DNA of 59,298 nucleotides, filler included, from Sphacelaria rigidula (GCA_964200075.2; 4 parts of 4 records of this genome joined end to end with filler, not necessarily neighbours in it), one strand, 5' to 3'; counted from the whole stretch's first letter, positions 1-13,365 are shown. A program made the numbers and translations. The notes: generated by a model from the letters alone, not told the origin.

Positions 1-17
1 CTGTGGAGATGCCGCCA

Positions 18-87
18 AACCTAACGCTAACCCTAACCCTAACCCCGACCAAGGCATACCGAGAACCCCCGGGTAAGGAGGGTGCAC
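18..87. repeat. Short dispersed repeat headed by (CCCTAA)n telomere-like units, copy 1
   Basis: ctaaccctaaccctaaccccgaccaaggcataccgagaacccccgggtaagg matches 4229-4305. Confidence 0.75.
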
Positions 88-471
88 AGCGTTTCCTAAG
101 CACAGTGTGCGTTGCCAGAGCTCAAATCGACGCTGCAGGCGCCAATTCGAACCAAAACACGTTCTGGACAAGCTGGGTCTTTTGCTCACCTGCGAGCACC
201 TGCCCCAAACCATAATTTTTCTCAGAACTTTCTCCATTCTGAAAACAAGTATATTCGAGTATCAACCATTGTTTACGGACATCTCTTTCGGACTACTGGT
301 GTTTCGATCTGCGAGACACTCCGAAAAAAGTTGGAGATCTGCGACATCCGAAGCTACTGAGCCGAACAACAACAATTCGGCTGTGGCATCGGCAGGACAC
401 GACTGGAAGCCAACAGAACCGACGATAAGCGCTTCTTTCGAGAAGGATGGACGGGCATGCATGTCTCTCAC

Positions 472-3400
472 CGATTGCAACATGTACACGAACAACACCA
501 CACGTATCCGGCGCTCGTACAACAAGCCTCCTGGTCTGCAGCACACCAGTCGGCCACACGCGCTCATCCCAGTCACGCCCCCGCCAGCCCGTCCCGTGTT
601 AATCTCATCGAATCCACGCTGCCTTTCCTCCGACACGGTCAGATCGGTGGTCGATTGCTTAGGGATAGTCTCCGCAGTGCCTAGTGTTGGTACAGCGCCG
701 TCTGGGATCTCTGCATCGCTAGCAGTTCTCACAAAATGGGGGTCGCTATTAGCACCGCTGCCGTAATGGCGATCCTGAACGTCAGAGAGCATCTCCGTCG
801 GTGTTGAGAAACTGCTCCGACGGGTGTCTTGGAAAGAGGCGTCGCCACTGTCGGCCGTATTTTGGCGTGGGTGCACGCCTAGGGGCACCGTTAATGTTAG
901 TGATTGATTGTGCGACCTCCCCTCTTCTGCCAGGTCGTCCTTGTCGCGACCATTCGTGGCACCATCTGACGCCGGATCACGCCGGAATCCACCCCTGTTC
1001 CGAGGCAGCATAAGAGAGGCACGACGAGGATTAAATGGAGATGTTTCCGTCGGGATCTATAACCCCCCAGCCTCCTCCCAAAAAGATAAATAGTCTGTTG
1101 GCGTCGGCCACTTCATGTATCGAAGATTTTCTCCGCCCCGTGATATGAAAGTTTCGAAAACCTGTCGACGACTTTATCAGCCGGATCTTCAAAAATTTTG
1201 CCTCCGAACAAACAAGATTGCGTGACGACCTATAATGTCGACCATGACCGAGATTCATTGAAAAGAGGTACAAGGTTCTTCTTTCTCCAGACAAGAAGGC
1301 AATGAAACACGAGGCTGTTGAAAATATCATGAGCAGCATGCGGGACTCCCTCGCGTAGGGCATCACTGCCTCTTCCTCCCTCAAAGCTCGCCTCGTCCCT
1401 ACGCGGACGTCAAAACACGAACAAGGCACGTTGTACCATGCACAAAACACTTCCTCACCTATTTCGACTGTCCATCGCACGACGCAAGCTCCCTTGAGGT
1501 GGATTAGTCTCATATAAGAAGAAGAACACCATCGGGAGAGCTATCAACGCCAAACTAGCCCCGACCACGTTCGGAAGAAGATAAGGGAACCTGTCAGCCG
1601 CACGAACCACGATATATTGTCGGGGTTTAAATGTGATATATACATATATATATATATATATATGTGTTGCGATTTTGCGATCAATCGGCGGTAGAGATAT
1701 TTACATAAGAGCGGTGGCCCTGTGTGCCTTTTGCTACATGGCACATGTTCACTTCTCTCGTAGTAGGGTCAACGCAGCCACACGAGCAGCCACAATCACG
1801 CGCAGTCCCCGCAAGCTGTGGCGGTCGCGTTGCCGTTCGCCTCCATATCACCCACGGAAGACCACCTCAGCCATTCCATCCGGCGGCGAAAGCAACAATG
1901 ATATTGTTTTCGGCCTCGCCATACACCTCATTTTCGGGGAAATTTACGTAACGAAATCATATTAATCACCTCCCGAAAAGACCCGATTCGGAGAAATAGC
2001 GTGGGTAGTGCTTGGCCGGCTCTGCCAGCATCCCGCCAAGACCCGGCCCAATGATAAATCCAATGGACCATGCCCCTGACGGGAAGCCAAAACATGGAAA
2101 TACGCGATCACGCCGAATTCAGACGACAGGGACACAGACGTCGACACACATGCGTCCAACGTAGGCCGAAGGGATTTAGTTCAAGTTAGTTTACCTTATA
2201 TTATGGATCGACAGGTATTATAGCAGCCGATCGACGTTCGTAAACGCCACTTTTGTGGGGGGGTTGAATGAAGACACACGTACGAGACACTTGATAATGT
2301 TATACGAAGTTCTGCATCAGTTAGGCGTAACCTAATATGGCCCGACTGCTTAGTTCAGAGCGACTTGTTTCAGTGCTCCATGAAACGTGACTCCGGGGTG
2401 CAAGTTAGCTATCCTATCGCGGGTTGGTTCAAATGTTATCTGCCGTCGCAGAAAAAGAAACGCGAACAAACTCACCCGTGATGAAGCTCATGCCCGTCAC
2501 TTCATGCTCCGGACCGCACACCTCCGAGATCATCGTCTTGGATATCGCCACAATGCCGTTCAAAGCTCCCAGGAGAAACCTTTAGAGCGCAGAGAGCCCA
2601 TGATGGGAGGTGCAAGGTGCGGAGAGCGTCTTACCCGGGAGAAACGTCTGGAGCAGTAATTAGCACGAGCGCACTACCCGTATCCCAGCACGCTTGCTAG
2701 ACCTATACGCACGCCGGAGTCCTCACATTCGACCAGGACTGGAAATGATGGGGGTATCGTTAAAAAAAAAGAAGCGAAACATGAGAGCATGAGGATCCAC
2801 AAGTTATCAATGTAACTACGACAAATTCAACGTTTCCCACAAGAGAAGGAAATGCGAAAATTGAAGTCTCGGAGTCCACCTCACGCAGACGGTCGTGCAA
2901 ACAGATCTTCTAGACCCTTCCTTCACGTCACGGAGGTGCAAACATGATGCAGGATCTGTACCTACCGTCTCAAAGTTACGCGTAGACACAAATATACTCG
3001 TGTATATCTTCTTTCTATGCTTTGTTTTCCTTTTTGTTTATTTTTCTGTCGCCATTTTTTTGTACGTCTCAGTCTACCGTGTCGTTCTATTCTTTTTTGT
3101 CTTTGTTTTCCTGTTTCTTCTTTTTCTTCACCGAATGTTTCAGCTTCGTTGTGCCTTGGGTACATCCATCATGCGACCACGACTGGCTCTCTGGGGGGGC
3201 CAGTTCAAGTGCGACAATCAATCAAAAACCAATATCTTCAAGGGCTGAAGGGTGTGGCTGAACAAGAGTATTTACACACGCACCGGCATGCCATGGCCAA
3301 GGTGAAGTTTGTAGATAACCCAAAGCCGATGGAAGCGGAAGCAATGGTCGTGAGAGACAGGTATATCACCGGAAGTCGCCCGTGCCGATCCGAGTATTGC

Positions 3401-6400
3401 CCCCAAAAGTACGAGCTGCTGAAACGTCCCACCATGAACGCGGACGACAAGTAGCCCGCGTAGAAGCCTGGCGGGTGAAAAAATGACAGATCTCAGGCAT
3501 GGGCTGTGGAGCATGACCAAGTATCATATGTTGTAGGCAAGATGGTGCAACACACCCGACTATGCTTTGTGTTAAACGACGTGTGTGTGTGTGTGCTTTT
3601 TGTTGGACTCCTTCCAATGACCAACAGCATATATGCAAGTGATATTGAACGTCAGTGAAGTTGACTTTGTTCGCTGCGCAACCGGTAAGAATGCATACAT
3701 TGGTCAACAAGTGATCCTGTGGGTGATTGCTAGATCTACGACAGCCCTACCCCCGAAAGTGGCTGGTTTGGGGAGACAAAATCTACACGTGAATCGAAAT
3801 GAACAAAGCCGAGCAAAACGAGCACCTGGGGATTCTCACGCTTCGGCTCGTTTTCGCCAGTGTCGCCCATATGATGCGCTTCACGCAACCTGAAACCAAA
3901 CATCAGACGCGATATGGCCATCTTTTTTGAGACCGTTTTGGGCTGGTTTAGGGGAGGAGCTATCGTAGGAAGACTCGAAACACGATCTGGTTATATTCTA
4001 GTGTATCTTTTCATTCCTCGTCCCTCGGCGCACACTCAGCCGCTTCCCTTCCTTGAGACGAGTAACGCTAGATGGTCTCATACATGATCTCAAGGGATCA
4101 TCCAGTTTCTCTCTCGGTAGCGTGACTTCCGTTTTTCGCCATAATGATGTTCGATAGCTGGTTGCCGAGAGGAGGTTAGTTTTCCATTTGGTAGCTTCGG
4201 AAATTTCTCGGAAATGTATGATTCCGAACAACTCTAACTCTAACTCTAACCCTAACCCTCACCCCAACGAAGGCATATCGAGAACCCTCGGGCAAGGGGG
4301 ATGCAAAGTCACTGGCCGAGTTTGGTCGCTGTGTGTACTAAATGGTAAGCAAGTCGGTTAAATATCGAAAATTTCGGTATCACGATTGCTGTCACTGAGG
4401 ATTTGCGGAGCGGTACACGCTGATGACGTACATGGGGAATGGGGGTGGTCTTCACCAGCGTCGGAAATGGTTGGAAGGATAGTCTGGAAAAAGTACTCGG
4501 GAAAAGAATGACTACATCGGAGGTATTCGTCCTTACAAATCTAGCCGACCTGCGGTACGGTATAGATGTGTGTAGAAGCTCGCTCGTGCAAATGGGTCGA
4601 ATGAGGCGAGAATGGTTTTTCTTGGTGTTCTTTCCCGGGGAACAGATGCAGCATCTACCCACATGATATCAACCAAAAGCAGTGATGATTGTGGGACTTT
4701 TTTCAATCGCCAGATTTGCACGAAATGAATCTGAAAGCTATCCCTGAGAAGATGCAGCTTTCCAAACATTAAGGCTGTTATTACTTGCCTACAAACTGGT
4801 CCCTTGTGCTCGTTGTAACCATCCCTCCAATCCAACAAGCCCTACTCCAACCTTGCAGGCCGCTTCGAGAAGAATGATTCCGACAAAAGCGACAGATCGT
4901 CTCCGATAAGAACGGGCCTGACCACCCCTGGCGCTCACAGCGATGACGAGGGGGTACATTTGCCTTCGCTCAAAACGGGTCAGAGGCTCCCCCGCGATGA
5001 TTTCTACACGAATGCTAAACATCCGCGTGTTCATGTACATACAGTAGATAGGCGTGCTGTGTCACTTGAAAGAAAAGTATTTCCGAACCGAAGTTGACAC
5101 GGGCGATCTCGGTCAATTTCGGGTTTTCGGTCAAAGGGTCAGACTAGTGTACTCTTTTTGTTCTTAAACCTTCATGAGTACTGTCCTCGTTGTTTCTTGG
5201 AATTTCAAACTCCGGACCGTTCGACACTCGAGCTTCGTGGGGAGAGGGGAAATTATCAGGGGTCTACACGTTACACGTTGACGTTACGTTCATCACGTTT
5301 GTTTTACTTTTATCGTTCACGTTACTTCACGTATGTCACGTTAAAAAAAATTAACGTTACGTTGACGTTTCATTTGAAAATTTAACGTTACATTCATCAC
5401 GTAAAACAAACTGAATGTTGCGTTTCGTTACATGTAACGTAATACTAAACGTTTCAATGTCACGTGTAACGTCTAATATAACTTTTCGTTGACACGTGTA
5501 ACGTTCGCATGCGATGTTTCATTCTGTGCATGTCGCGGCTGATTTACCAGTGTTCAAGGCGTTGTAACGTGTCGTGTAACGCGTGATGTTACCGTCTACG
5601 TGCCGCTGACGGTGACCCGTCGTATGTTCGACCGTAGGCGCATAATCGGACTGTGTGACGTTACTTTCTCTACAGTGTTTTGTCCATTCGTTTTGACCGT
5701 AATATCTTCATATCTCCTCTTATCCTTTCATCGTGTTGTGGTCAATTTTCAATTTTTGGATGGTTGGTCATTCGCACGACAGCACATACTGTACACGCAA
5801 CAGTTCGTGAACATGATTGAACACCGGATTGAGTTGTCCTGACATTTCGCGACGTATCTCATGAGGTGGCCGCACCGGTCCCCCTTCGGCGTCAAGACTC
5901 GGCAGATGACGTTCTTGCCGTTAGTCAAGGCAGGCGAGAATTGGGTCAGGTACTTCCTCCTCGGTGACAGAGTACCTTGACGAGTTCTTGTCGCGACGTT
6001 GACCTGCCTCCGCTTGTTTTCGACAGTTATCGTGCCGGCCACGGGGCAGGCGAGTCTCGCATCAGATGCTGCAGCTGTAGGCAGCGGCCGAGATTGGCTG
6101 GAGGCTGGGGCATCCCCTGGTTGTGGCCCCGCCAATTCCGCCCCTGGATCCATGTTATGTACTGGTGCACGTGAACGCCACGTGAACGTGTACGTTACAC
6201 CCGGTCTCTCGATATGAATGTGGTCGAGATGATTTGTTGGATGTGAGGTGTGGTGCGGAGCGCGCGAACTTCCTGCAATAGTACTATATCTATACCATGG
6301 TCATTCAAACTCACTCGTGCTTATTGAAGCACAACCTTCCAGGATTTTAAAATTCATTGCAAACTTGAAGTTTCACCGCTTTATGTGACATGTTTATGGC

Positions 6401-7158
6401 GTTTCATGTAACGTGTAACGTGTGGCATCTAACGCACGTGAAATATAACATAGACATTACACGTCACATGAAACGTTTCATATTACGTGATTTGAACGTT
6501 TGGGCAATTTAACGTTCACGTTTCGTTACGTACGTCACGTTGAAAACAATTAACGTCACGTTAACGTTCTATCTGAAAAATTAACGTTACGTTCATCACG
6601 TATTTTTTTCTTACGTTCGCGTTACGTTTCGGCCAAAACGTAACGTGAACGTAACGTGTAACGCTGTGGCACGTGTAACGTGTAAACCCCTGAAAATTTT
6701 CACCGTCCTTGGCGCCTGTACTCCAAGAAAATTGCCGTCGTTTTTTTTTACAGACTACAAGTACCGTAACCCCACCAAACGTATCCCTAGTGCTGCTTCG
6801 TAACATCGATAACGAGCGGCAGAGATATGATGAAGCGGCAAAGCGCGCAAAATTGAAGACTTGGTGCATTTGCTCCACCCTTCACACCCTGAAACTCCAT
6901 GATGATGTGGCAGTCAAGCCCTGCGGATGGTATCTCCAACGGATGCATATTTGAACACACATATGTTCCCCGCTGTATCCAACATAAAGAGATGCGTGTA
7001 CAGTAGTTGAGGTGCTTACCGGCTTTGTCCTTGTCATCTGTCAAACCGATATGTTGCACCATGTAGCCTACATAAGGAAAGAGGCTGGTCAGCGAGTAGG
7101 AGTGGGAGACCAAGCTCGTAGCGATGGCCAGCATGGGGAGCCACGGGAATGGAGACAT
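472..7158 (-). CDS. MFS transporter, ZIFL (zinc-induced facilitator-like) type; 5' six exons, 3' exons not identified (probably beyond the contig start)
   Basis: Phase-consistent GT-AG exons 7158-7020, 3467-3284, 2579-2476, 2075-1970, 1590-1459, 994-472. They give MSPFPWLPMLAIATSLVSHSYSLTSLFPYVGYMV..KAGFYAGYLSSAFMVGRFSSSYFWGQYSDRHGRLPV (MFS motif A)..RFLLGALNG..IGPGLGGMLAEPAKHYP..FGRFPYLLPN..YET plus a long loop. There is an in-frame stop just upstream of ATG 7158. Confidence 0.88.
1636..1663. repeat. (TA)n microsatellite, intronic
   Basis: Directly visible. Confidence 0.85.
2990..3228 (+). mobile_element. RTE-LINE 3' end fragment (T-rich UTR, stem-loop, CAAT tail) in an MFS intron
   Basis: gaccacgactggctctctgggggggccagttcaagtgcgacaatcaatc matches the 3' end of the LINE at 35385-35447. 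Confidence 0.8.
4229..4305. repeat. Short dispersed repeat headed by (CTCTAA/CCCTAA)n, copy 2
   Basis: ctaaccctaaccctcaccccaacgaaggcatatcgagaaccctcgggcaagg matches 18-87. Confidence 0.75.
5257..6692. mobile_element. Non-autonomous hAT-like DNA transposon
   Basis: TIRs CAGGGGTCTACACGTTACACGT ... ACGTGTAACGTGTAAACCCCTG. Dense subterminal ACGT/AACGTT repeats at both ends. Degenerate 8-bp flanks gaaattat/aaaatttt. Internal minus-strand peptide KNVICRVLTPKGDRCGHLMRY is reminiscent of a BED-finger remnant. Confidence 0.8.
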
Positions 7159-8810
7159 GGTCTACCGTGCGCTCCACCACCGAAGATCCTACTCTTGCTC
7201 CGATGCCGCAGGCTTGTCGGGAGCGTGGATGTATCGCGTATGGCTCCGACGGTCCTCGAGAAGCCCAGCACCCTCAACCTGCAATGAAGCGACAAGAGGT
7301 CGTAGATGAATCAACATGGAGAAAAAAAACGCGTTGCAGCCTGCAGAAATAAAGATTTGTATACCTGAGAGGAGAGTAGGGTCAGAGTACAACAAAAAAT
7401 TCATTGTCGTCAGCGAACGAACGCGAGCACAGCAACGAGTGCTCGCCGTTGGCCCGGGTCCCTGTACTGCATACACTGCAAGCTTCCTTGCTACCGTCAT
7501 TTTCCATCTTCTCATCAATAATTGTGCTCGACAAAGGACGTACTGCAACAGGAGTAGGGTTTCCTTAGAGCCGATAGCACAAGCGCTGAACTTGGCTACG
7601 GTGATGTAACGTTGGTGTCAGCTTTGATTCAAATTCGAAGTTCACTTTTCCAATAATCGGTGAGATCCGTACTAAAATCTTCATGAAACCCCCGACCGAT
7701 GCATTTGGTGGATGACGAATTTTGGTGTAGACATTCCCTGGAGCACGGGGAGACGATAGATACTCTCACCTTCACCTAAACCATAATCTATCTCGAGATA
7801 TGGCACGCATAAATTTTTATACTAAAATCAGTTTATTACGAGCAGATGCACTACATGAACCAAACCTGAATATCGCTGAAAATTGTGGGACACTCAACGA
7901 TAGAAGGGGGTCAAAATCGTCCGTTTTCCCTGCAAGGTAGGGAATAAGGCATTTCCTCTTATACTAGCTTGTTCTACAAATCAACCGCGACCTAGAACGT
8001 AGACAATGCCGCGTCCCGGTGGTCTAATTGTTCAACTGTAACCGTTAGGGTGGACAGAGCGTGGGTTTGATTCCTGATGCGTTGGATTTTTCTTCGAAGT
8101 ATCTGATTTCCAGCTTGGGCCGAAGCTCCTAGGAGTGTGGCGGCGCGTGGACTGCGCCAAGTTGATGGGGGGTTTTAGTGGGAGCATCCCCCACATTACC
8201 TTGAGCAAAGCTTGCGAATGCTCGAGGCGCCTTCCCGGTATGACTGCCCCGATGCAGTCTAGCCGAGCCTTCGCGTAATTGGCACATGAACTCGCTTTGC
8301 GAGGTGGGTGTTGGGTTGGGTTATCTCCTTCCGTCAAGGGAATAAAAAAAACGGAGAAACTGTGGGTATGAGAGCAAACTTAATAACTGTCGGCGGAGGT
8401 TGTGTGACGAGAGCTGACGCGGTGCGGGAGAGCTGGTCCAATCCGAGATAGCATGGTGCAAGGCGTGTATATATTCAAGGGGAGAGAAGAGCTGCTTCAT
8501 CCCTCTTGACCATGGATTCGTCTCAAAGGAGGGCAGAGGAGGGGAGGGAAGGAGTTCGAAGTGCGACAAAGGCACGGCGTTCTGATCTGTTGCTTGCCTC
8601 GGTTATTTGACCATTGGATCACGCATCCCTTTCGAGATGGAGCACCGGTCCTACTCCTAAAAAGTTGCGGGTGCAATCGAAAACAAATTCAACCCCCACC
8701 GAGCTTCACGAATATGCGCTAGGCTATGCCTCATGTTCCATGACGCCCCGCAATATCGTAGGGTCCTTTGTTGGTTCGCTGTATTCGGCACAATCCTCCA
8801 AGATTGTGTT

Positions 8811-9370
8811 CTGTAGGGTACGGGTATGTTCTGTAGGGTATGAGATTCCTTGCAGACCTTACAGAAATATCGGGTACCGGTATAAAAGTCGAACATATAT
8901 TACAAAACTGTCGGGTACCGATATGAAGGTCCTACAGAATTACAGAACTTGTCGGGTACGGTATGGGAGGCTTACATGGGCATACCCGTGCTCCGGGTAC
9001 GGGTAAACACTATGTACAGAACCCACAAAACTGTCGGGTAAGGGTGTGGGAGGCTTTCAGAACTCACAGAAACTGTCGGGTAGGGTACGTAGGTCGCACA
9101 GAAAACCGTACCCGCAACCGGGTATCTTGTCAAGAGCGTATCCATGCCTCGCCGTAACGGTACGGGGGGCTTACAGAACTCACGGAGCTATCCGGTAAGG
9201 GTGTGACAGCCTTACAAAGATTAGAGAACTATCGGGTACGGGTATGAAAGTCTAAAAAAAGTCACAGAACTGTCGGGTACCGGTATGAGAGTCTTACAGA
9301 AGTCACAGAACTGCAATGTACGGTAAATACCCGGTGAATACCCTGGTTATACAGAAAACCGTACCCTGCA
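8811..9370. mobile_element. MITE-like element built of cgggtac/acagaact subrepeats
   Basis: TIR tgtagggtacgg / ccgtaccctgca. Internal degenerate tandem units. Confidence 0.7.
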
Positions 9371-10065
9371 AAACACGACCTTGGCGTCATCATCAACCCT
9401 GTGGTGGGACCTACGTCACTAAAATGGCGAACTACAGATGACCGTTCACGAAAACTCTGAACGGCTTCACGGGGTTGATAGAGAGAGACTACACGAACAC
9501 TCGTCTCAGTGATACACGTGCACGGGATCGTCAACATCTATCGGCTTCCCGTACACTCCTAGAGAGTACATGAAGGAGCATTCACGGCTGCCCGCTCTCT
9601 CTGGAAGCCCTTCGGCACGACAAAATCGTCGATGGCCTTGATGACTTCCAACAGCAGCTCATACTCTTTGCTGTGCATGTCGATAACGGGCTGGGGTTTG
9701 ATGACCACGACACAACCACCATCAACGTCGATGACGTGCGTCTTGCTACTTGATCCCCTGGTGGCGAAGATGGACCGCCCCCGCTCGAGCCACCACTTGA
9801 GTCTGGGGATGATCCATCCTGACGGTCTGCGGTGCTGCTCATATTTCGTGTTTCCACTCAGCAGTACCTCGTATCCCGTCAGATTCCAAATTAAAGAACT
9901 TTTCAACTTCGGATTTTTGTTGGTGTGCAGTTTTGAATGAAGGAGTTGGGTGGGTTGATTGATGGGAGGTAAATGTTCAGGTCATGGGGTCGTGTTTACT
10001 GGACTGAACCATATCCATACCTCCCCAACGCATATTCCTGTGCTCACACCTGCAATTGGGTATAT

Positions 10066-10546
10066 CTTCAGATGTATATACCCTAACCCTGGGTAAGGGT
10101 ATGGGAGGCTTACAGCACTCACTGAACTGTCGGGTACCGATACTGGATGAGAGTCTTACAGAAATTACAGAACTAGTCGGGTACGGTATGGGAGGCTTAC
10201 AGAAAGACGTACCGGCAATCGGGTATTTCTTCATGAGCATACCCCCGCTCCGGGTACGGGTAAACACTCTATCAGAACTCACAGAGCTGTCGGATAAGGG
10301 TATGAGAGGCTTCCAGAACTCGCAGAAACTGTCGGGTAGGGTACGTGGGTCGCACAGAGAACCGTACCAGCAACCGGGTATCTTATCAAGAGCGTACCCG
10401 TGCCTCTCCGTAACGGTGCGGGAGGCTTACAGAACTCCCAAAACTATCGAGTAAGGGTATGAAAGTCTTACAGAGATTACAGCACTGTCGAGTACGGTAA
10501 ATACCCGGGAAAATACCCCGGGTGTACAGAAAACCGTACCCTACAG
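10066..10546. mobile_element. Second (left-truncated) copy of the same MITE family, same orientation
   Basis: Colinear similarity with 8900-9370; ends in acagaaaaccgtaccctacag. Confidence 0.7.
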
Positions 10547-11802
10547 CTTGCAGAGTATCACCTGGGTATGGCGTGAATACTCTTCCCACATACTTTTGCA
10601 CTTTTGGGTATAGTTTGTGACGCCAGCCAGAAGAAGAACTGGTGGATCACTGCTGTTGAGGGACTCCCCAGTGTTCCTGGCCTCAGTTTCAGGTGTCAGT
10701 TTTTACAACATCTCATGATCAGGAGTGCCCTTCCAGGCACCAACCTCCTAGACACGCAGGGTATCATCCCCGTGCCCCCGGTCATTATCCATTATCCTCC
10801 CATAATCCTCCAGAATCCCCGTGCCCCCAGTCATTATCCAGATAATCACTACCGACTCAACGTAACGAAATGGGCCTTACAGACTAGAATACGATATACA
10901 CTGCCTCCCCCCTCCCCCCCCAGAGGCTGTCGAGAGTGAGGAAAATCGAAAAATGTTGTCCAAAAATCTTTTTCTTCCTGTTTCTTCGCCAGAAAACGGA
11001 ATTGAACGGTACCTTCACCACCACAACGCTGGCCTGTAGCCGAGCAGCCCAAAACCGAGGATTTGGGGCATATCAGTTGTTCTAGCGGCCACAGGGAAGA
11101 GAACTTGGCCGTTGGATGATGACTTTTCACTAAAGGTGACCGCTGGAAAATGTGTTTGGGGTAGGTGTTATAGTAGTGAGGCGGCAATGCTGGAGAGGGC
11201 CGTGTACTCAAGACATGAACCCGATGGCTCTCTATTTGTCGATCAAGGAAAGTGTACCACGAGTTGTACGTGTTTCTGAGTGACACCAGAGGTAAACACC
11301 ACTACTGTGACTTGCCTGTATACTTCCAACATTACAACCGGAATAAAATGTTCTGACAGTGCTCCCATGGTATCAACCAATTGTAGATGTTTCAAGGATG
11401 ATCACCGGATGCCCGCGTTCGGACAGCTGTGTCGAGGGGCAATCTTTAAAGGTCGGCATACAGCAACACAGCTAGAAATGACAAATGAGAATCTCGTGAA
11501 GATGGTCTCGCTAAAGAAAGTAGTCAACAAGTCACAGTTCTGTTTTCTTTATTCATGCTGGCATCATCTGTTCCAACAAATGCGAGTCTTGCAACAACCA
11601 TGGCCACGTTTCTAGAACTTTTGACAGATTTATGTGTCGTGCCGCATGCTGCCGAGACGATTATTAAGAGAGGATGCTGTTCCCACGAATAATGATGGGG
11701 CCTTGAACGTAGCATACACAATCCTACCACCTGCCGTGCAATCGTAGCATACACAACGTGTACGAGCTGGGCCAGCCGAGAAGCGAATTTGTAGTTCGCA
11801 GG

Positions 11803-12066
11803 CCTATTCACCGGCCAAAATGTGGAGTTGGACCCTGAAATTTGGTATGGGCCATGAATAGGGCATAACAAAAACAAATACTAGTGCACACAAGTTTTTT
11901 TATTTCTCCATGAGTAAAGGACATTTTACTGATGCCTGAAAACTGGTTATTACCCTTAACTCATGAAAAAAAAACTTGTTTGCACTGGTTTGTGTTCTTA
12001 TTATGCCCTATTTATTGTCCATATAAAATTTCAGGGTCCAACTCTAAAAGTTGGCCGGTGAATGGG
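11803..12066. repeat. Imperfect inverted repeat, ~115-bp arms
   Basis: 11803-11920 is the reverse complement of 11953-12066. Mirror peptides FLLCPI..ISGSNS..WPVN appear on both strands of the ORF track. Confidence 0.85.
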
Positions 12067-12241
12067 ACGTTCAGTGACGGGGTCAAAAGAAATCCGGCAC
12101 AGTATTTTGCAGGCCACTTACCGACCCACGTTTGGTGTATGTGTATTGAAACTTTGTGTGGGCCATGGCTAATTGACGAAACAAAGTGGGTCAGGTTGAT
12201 TTTTGTTTTTTCCTTCACTGATTTCGGTTACTTATTATGTT

Positions 12242-12358
12242 ATCAGAAAACGCGTTTTCTGATGGGATTTTTTCTGATAACATTTTTCGATAGCCCAAAG
12301 TTATCAGAAAATCAGGATTTTCCGATAACCTCGGGCTATCGAAAAATGTTATCGAAAA
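12242..12358. repeat. Two adjacent short palindromes (22-bp perfect; ~42-bp-arm hairpin)
   Basis: atcagaaaacgcgttttctgat, and gataacatttttcgatagccc...gggctatcgaaaaatgttatc. Confidence 0.85.
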
Positions 12359-12601
12359 AGCGTTTGAATCTCGTTTGAACACACCTTACAGCCCACGACA
12401 GCACCTGTGATGGCTTAGCTGCCATCACGCTACTACTGCTGTCGCTGATGCTCGCGGGCACTCAGCGTGTTGCATCATTGTCCTTTGCTCGCCAGTAGTA
12501 GCGTGGTGGCCCTTTATCCCATGAGAACAGCAGAGGGCAGGGTCGACGACGACTGCTGTATAGACCGGACAGTCTGTCCTGTATATCGTCCGTGCAATAT
12601 T

Positions 12602-13021
12602 GTAGCTCAGTTTAGGTCTGTGCACGCAGCATGTTGCGAACAGCACGCACCCAAGCCTTGTAGAGACAGGACCGGACTGACAGTACACACAAGACTAGAA
12701 GATGGGTAGTGCTACTACTGTTGTAGTATATCCAACGCATACAACACAACAGTAGTAGTGTCTGTACTGTTGTCCATGCTGCCCGTACAACCGAGTACTA
12801 CAACAGTGCAGCGAACTTGCAGCTCAGTTCAGGTCTGTACATACAGCGTGATGCGAACAGTTCTCGCTTTGCAGTACAGACTGCCTACGCACCCAAGCCT
12901 TGTAGATTCAGGACCGTACTGAAAGTACACACAAGACCATGAATAGTGCTACTGTTGTAGTACTACAGCCAATGTATGCAATACAGCAATGTTGTTGTGT
13001 GTACTGTTGTCCGTGCTGTCC
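12602..13021. repeat. Diverged tandem direct duplication (~200-bp unit)
   Basis: agctcagtt(t/c)aggtctgt...acgcacccaagccttgtaga...agtacacacaagac...gtactgttgtcc occurs twice (12602-12785, 12819-13021). Confidence 0.8.
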
Positions 13022-13365
13022 TTTCAGTCAAGTACTACCGTGCAGTGAAAAAGCACAAACGTCACTTCTACAATCTTTTTATCGTCTTGCGTCACGCAGC
13101 CCATCATGTATTGCTCAGGCAGTGTATCACAGTACAGTCAGTACGGACCGTACACCACGACAGGACAGCAGAGTGCTGCGTCTCTCTCGCGCGCCCCAGA
13201 ATTTGAAATTATGCCTGCACACCTCATAGAAAACGATGAACACTGCGTTTTCAATGTTGGTAGTGCGTCGATCACGTAGGAGGGGCTACTTAAAAAATTT
13301 CTGTTGAAAAACGTGCTGTTGAAAAAACGGCTTTTCTGATAACGTGTTTTTTCTACACATAATAA

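Noticed and set aside
8811-10546. CRISPR-like array
   Set aside because: The units are degenerate, with no constant repeat or unique spacers. The context is eukaryotic and there are no cas genes.
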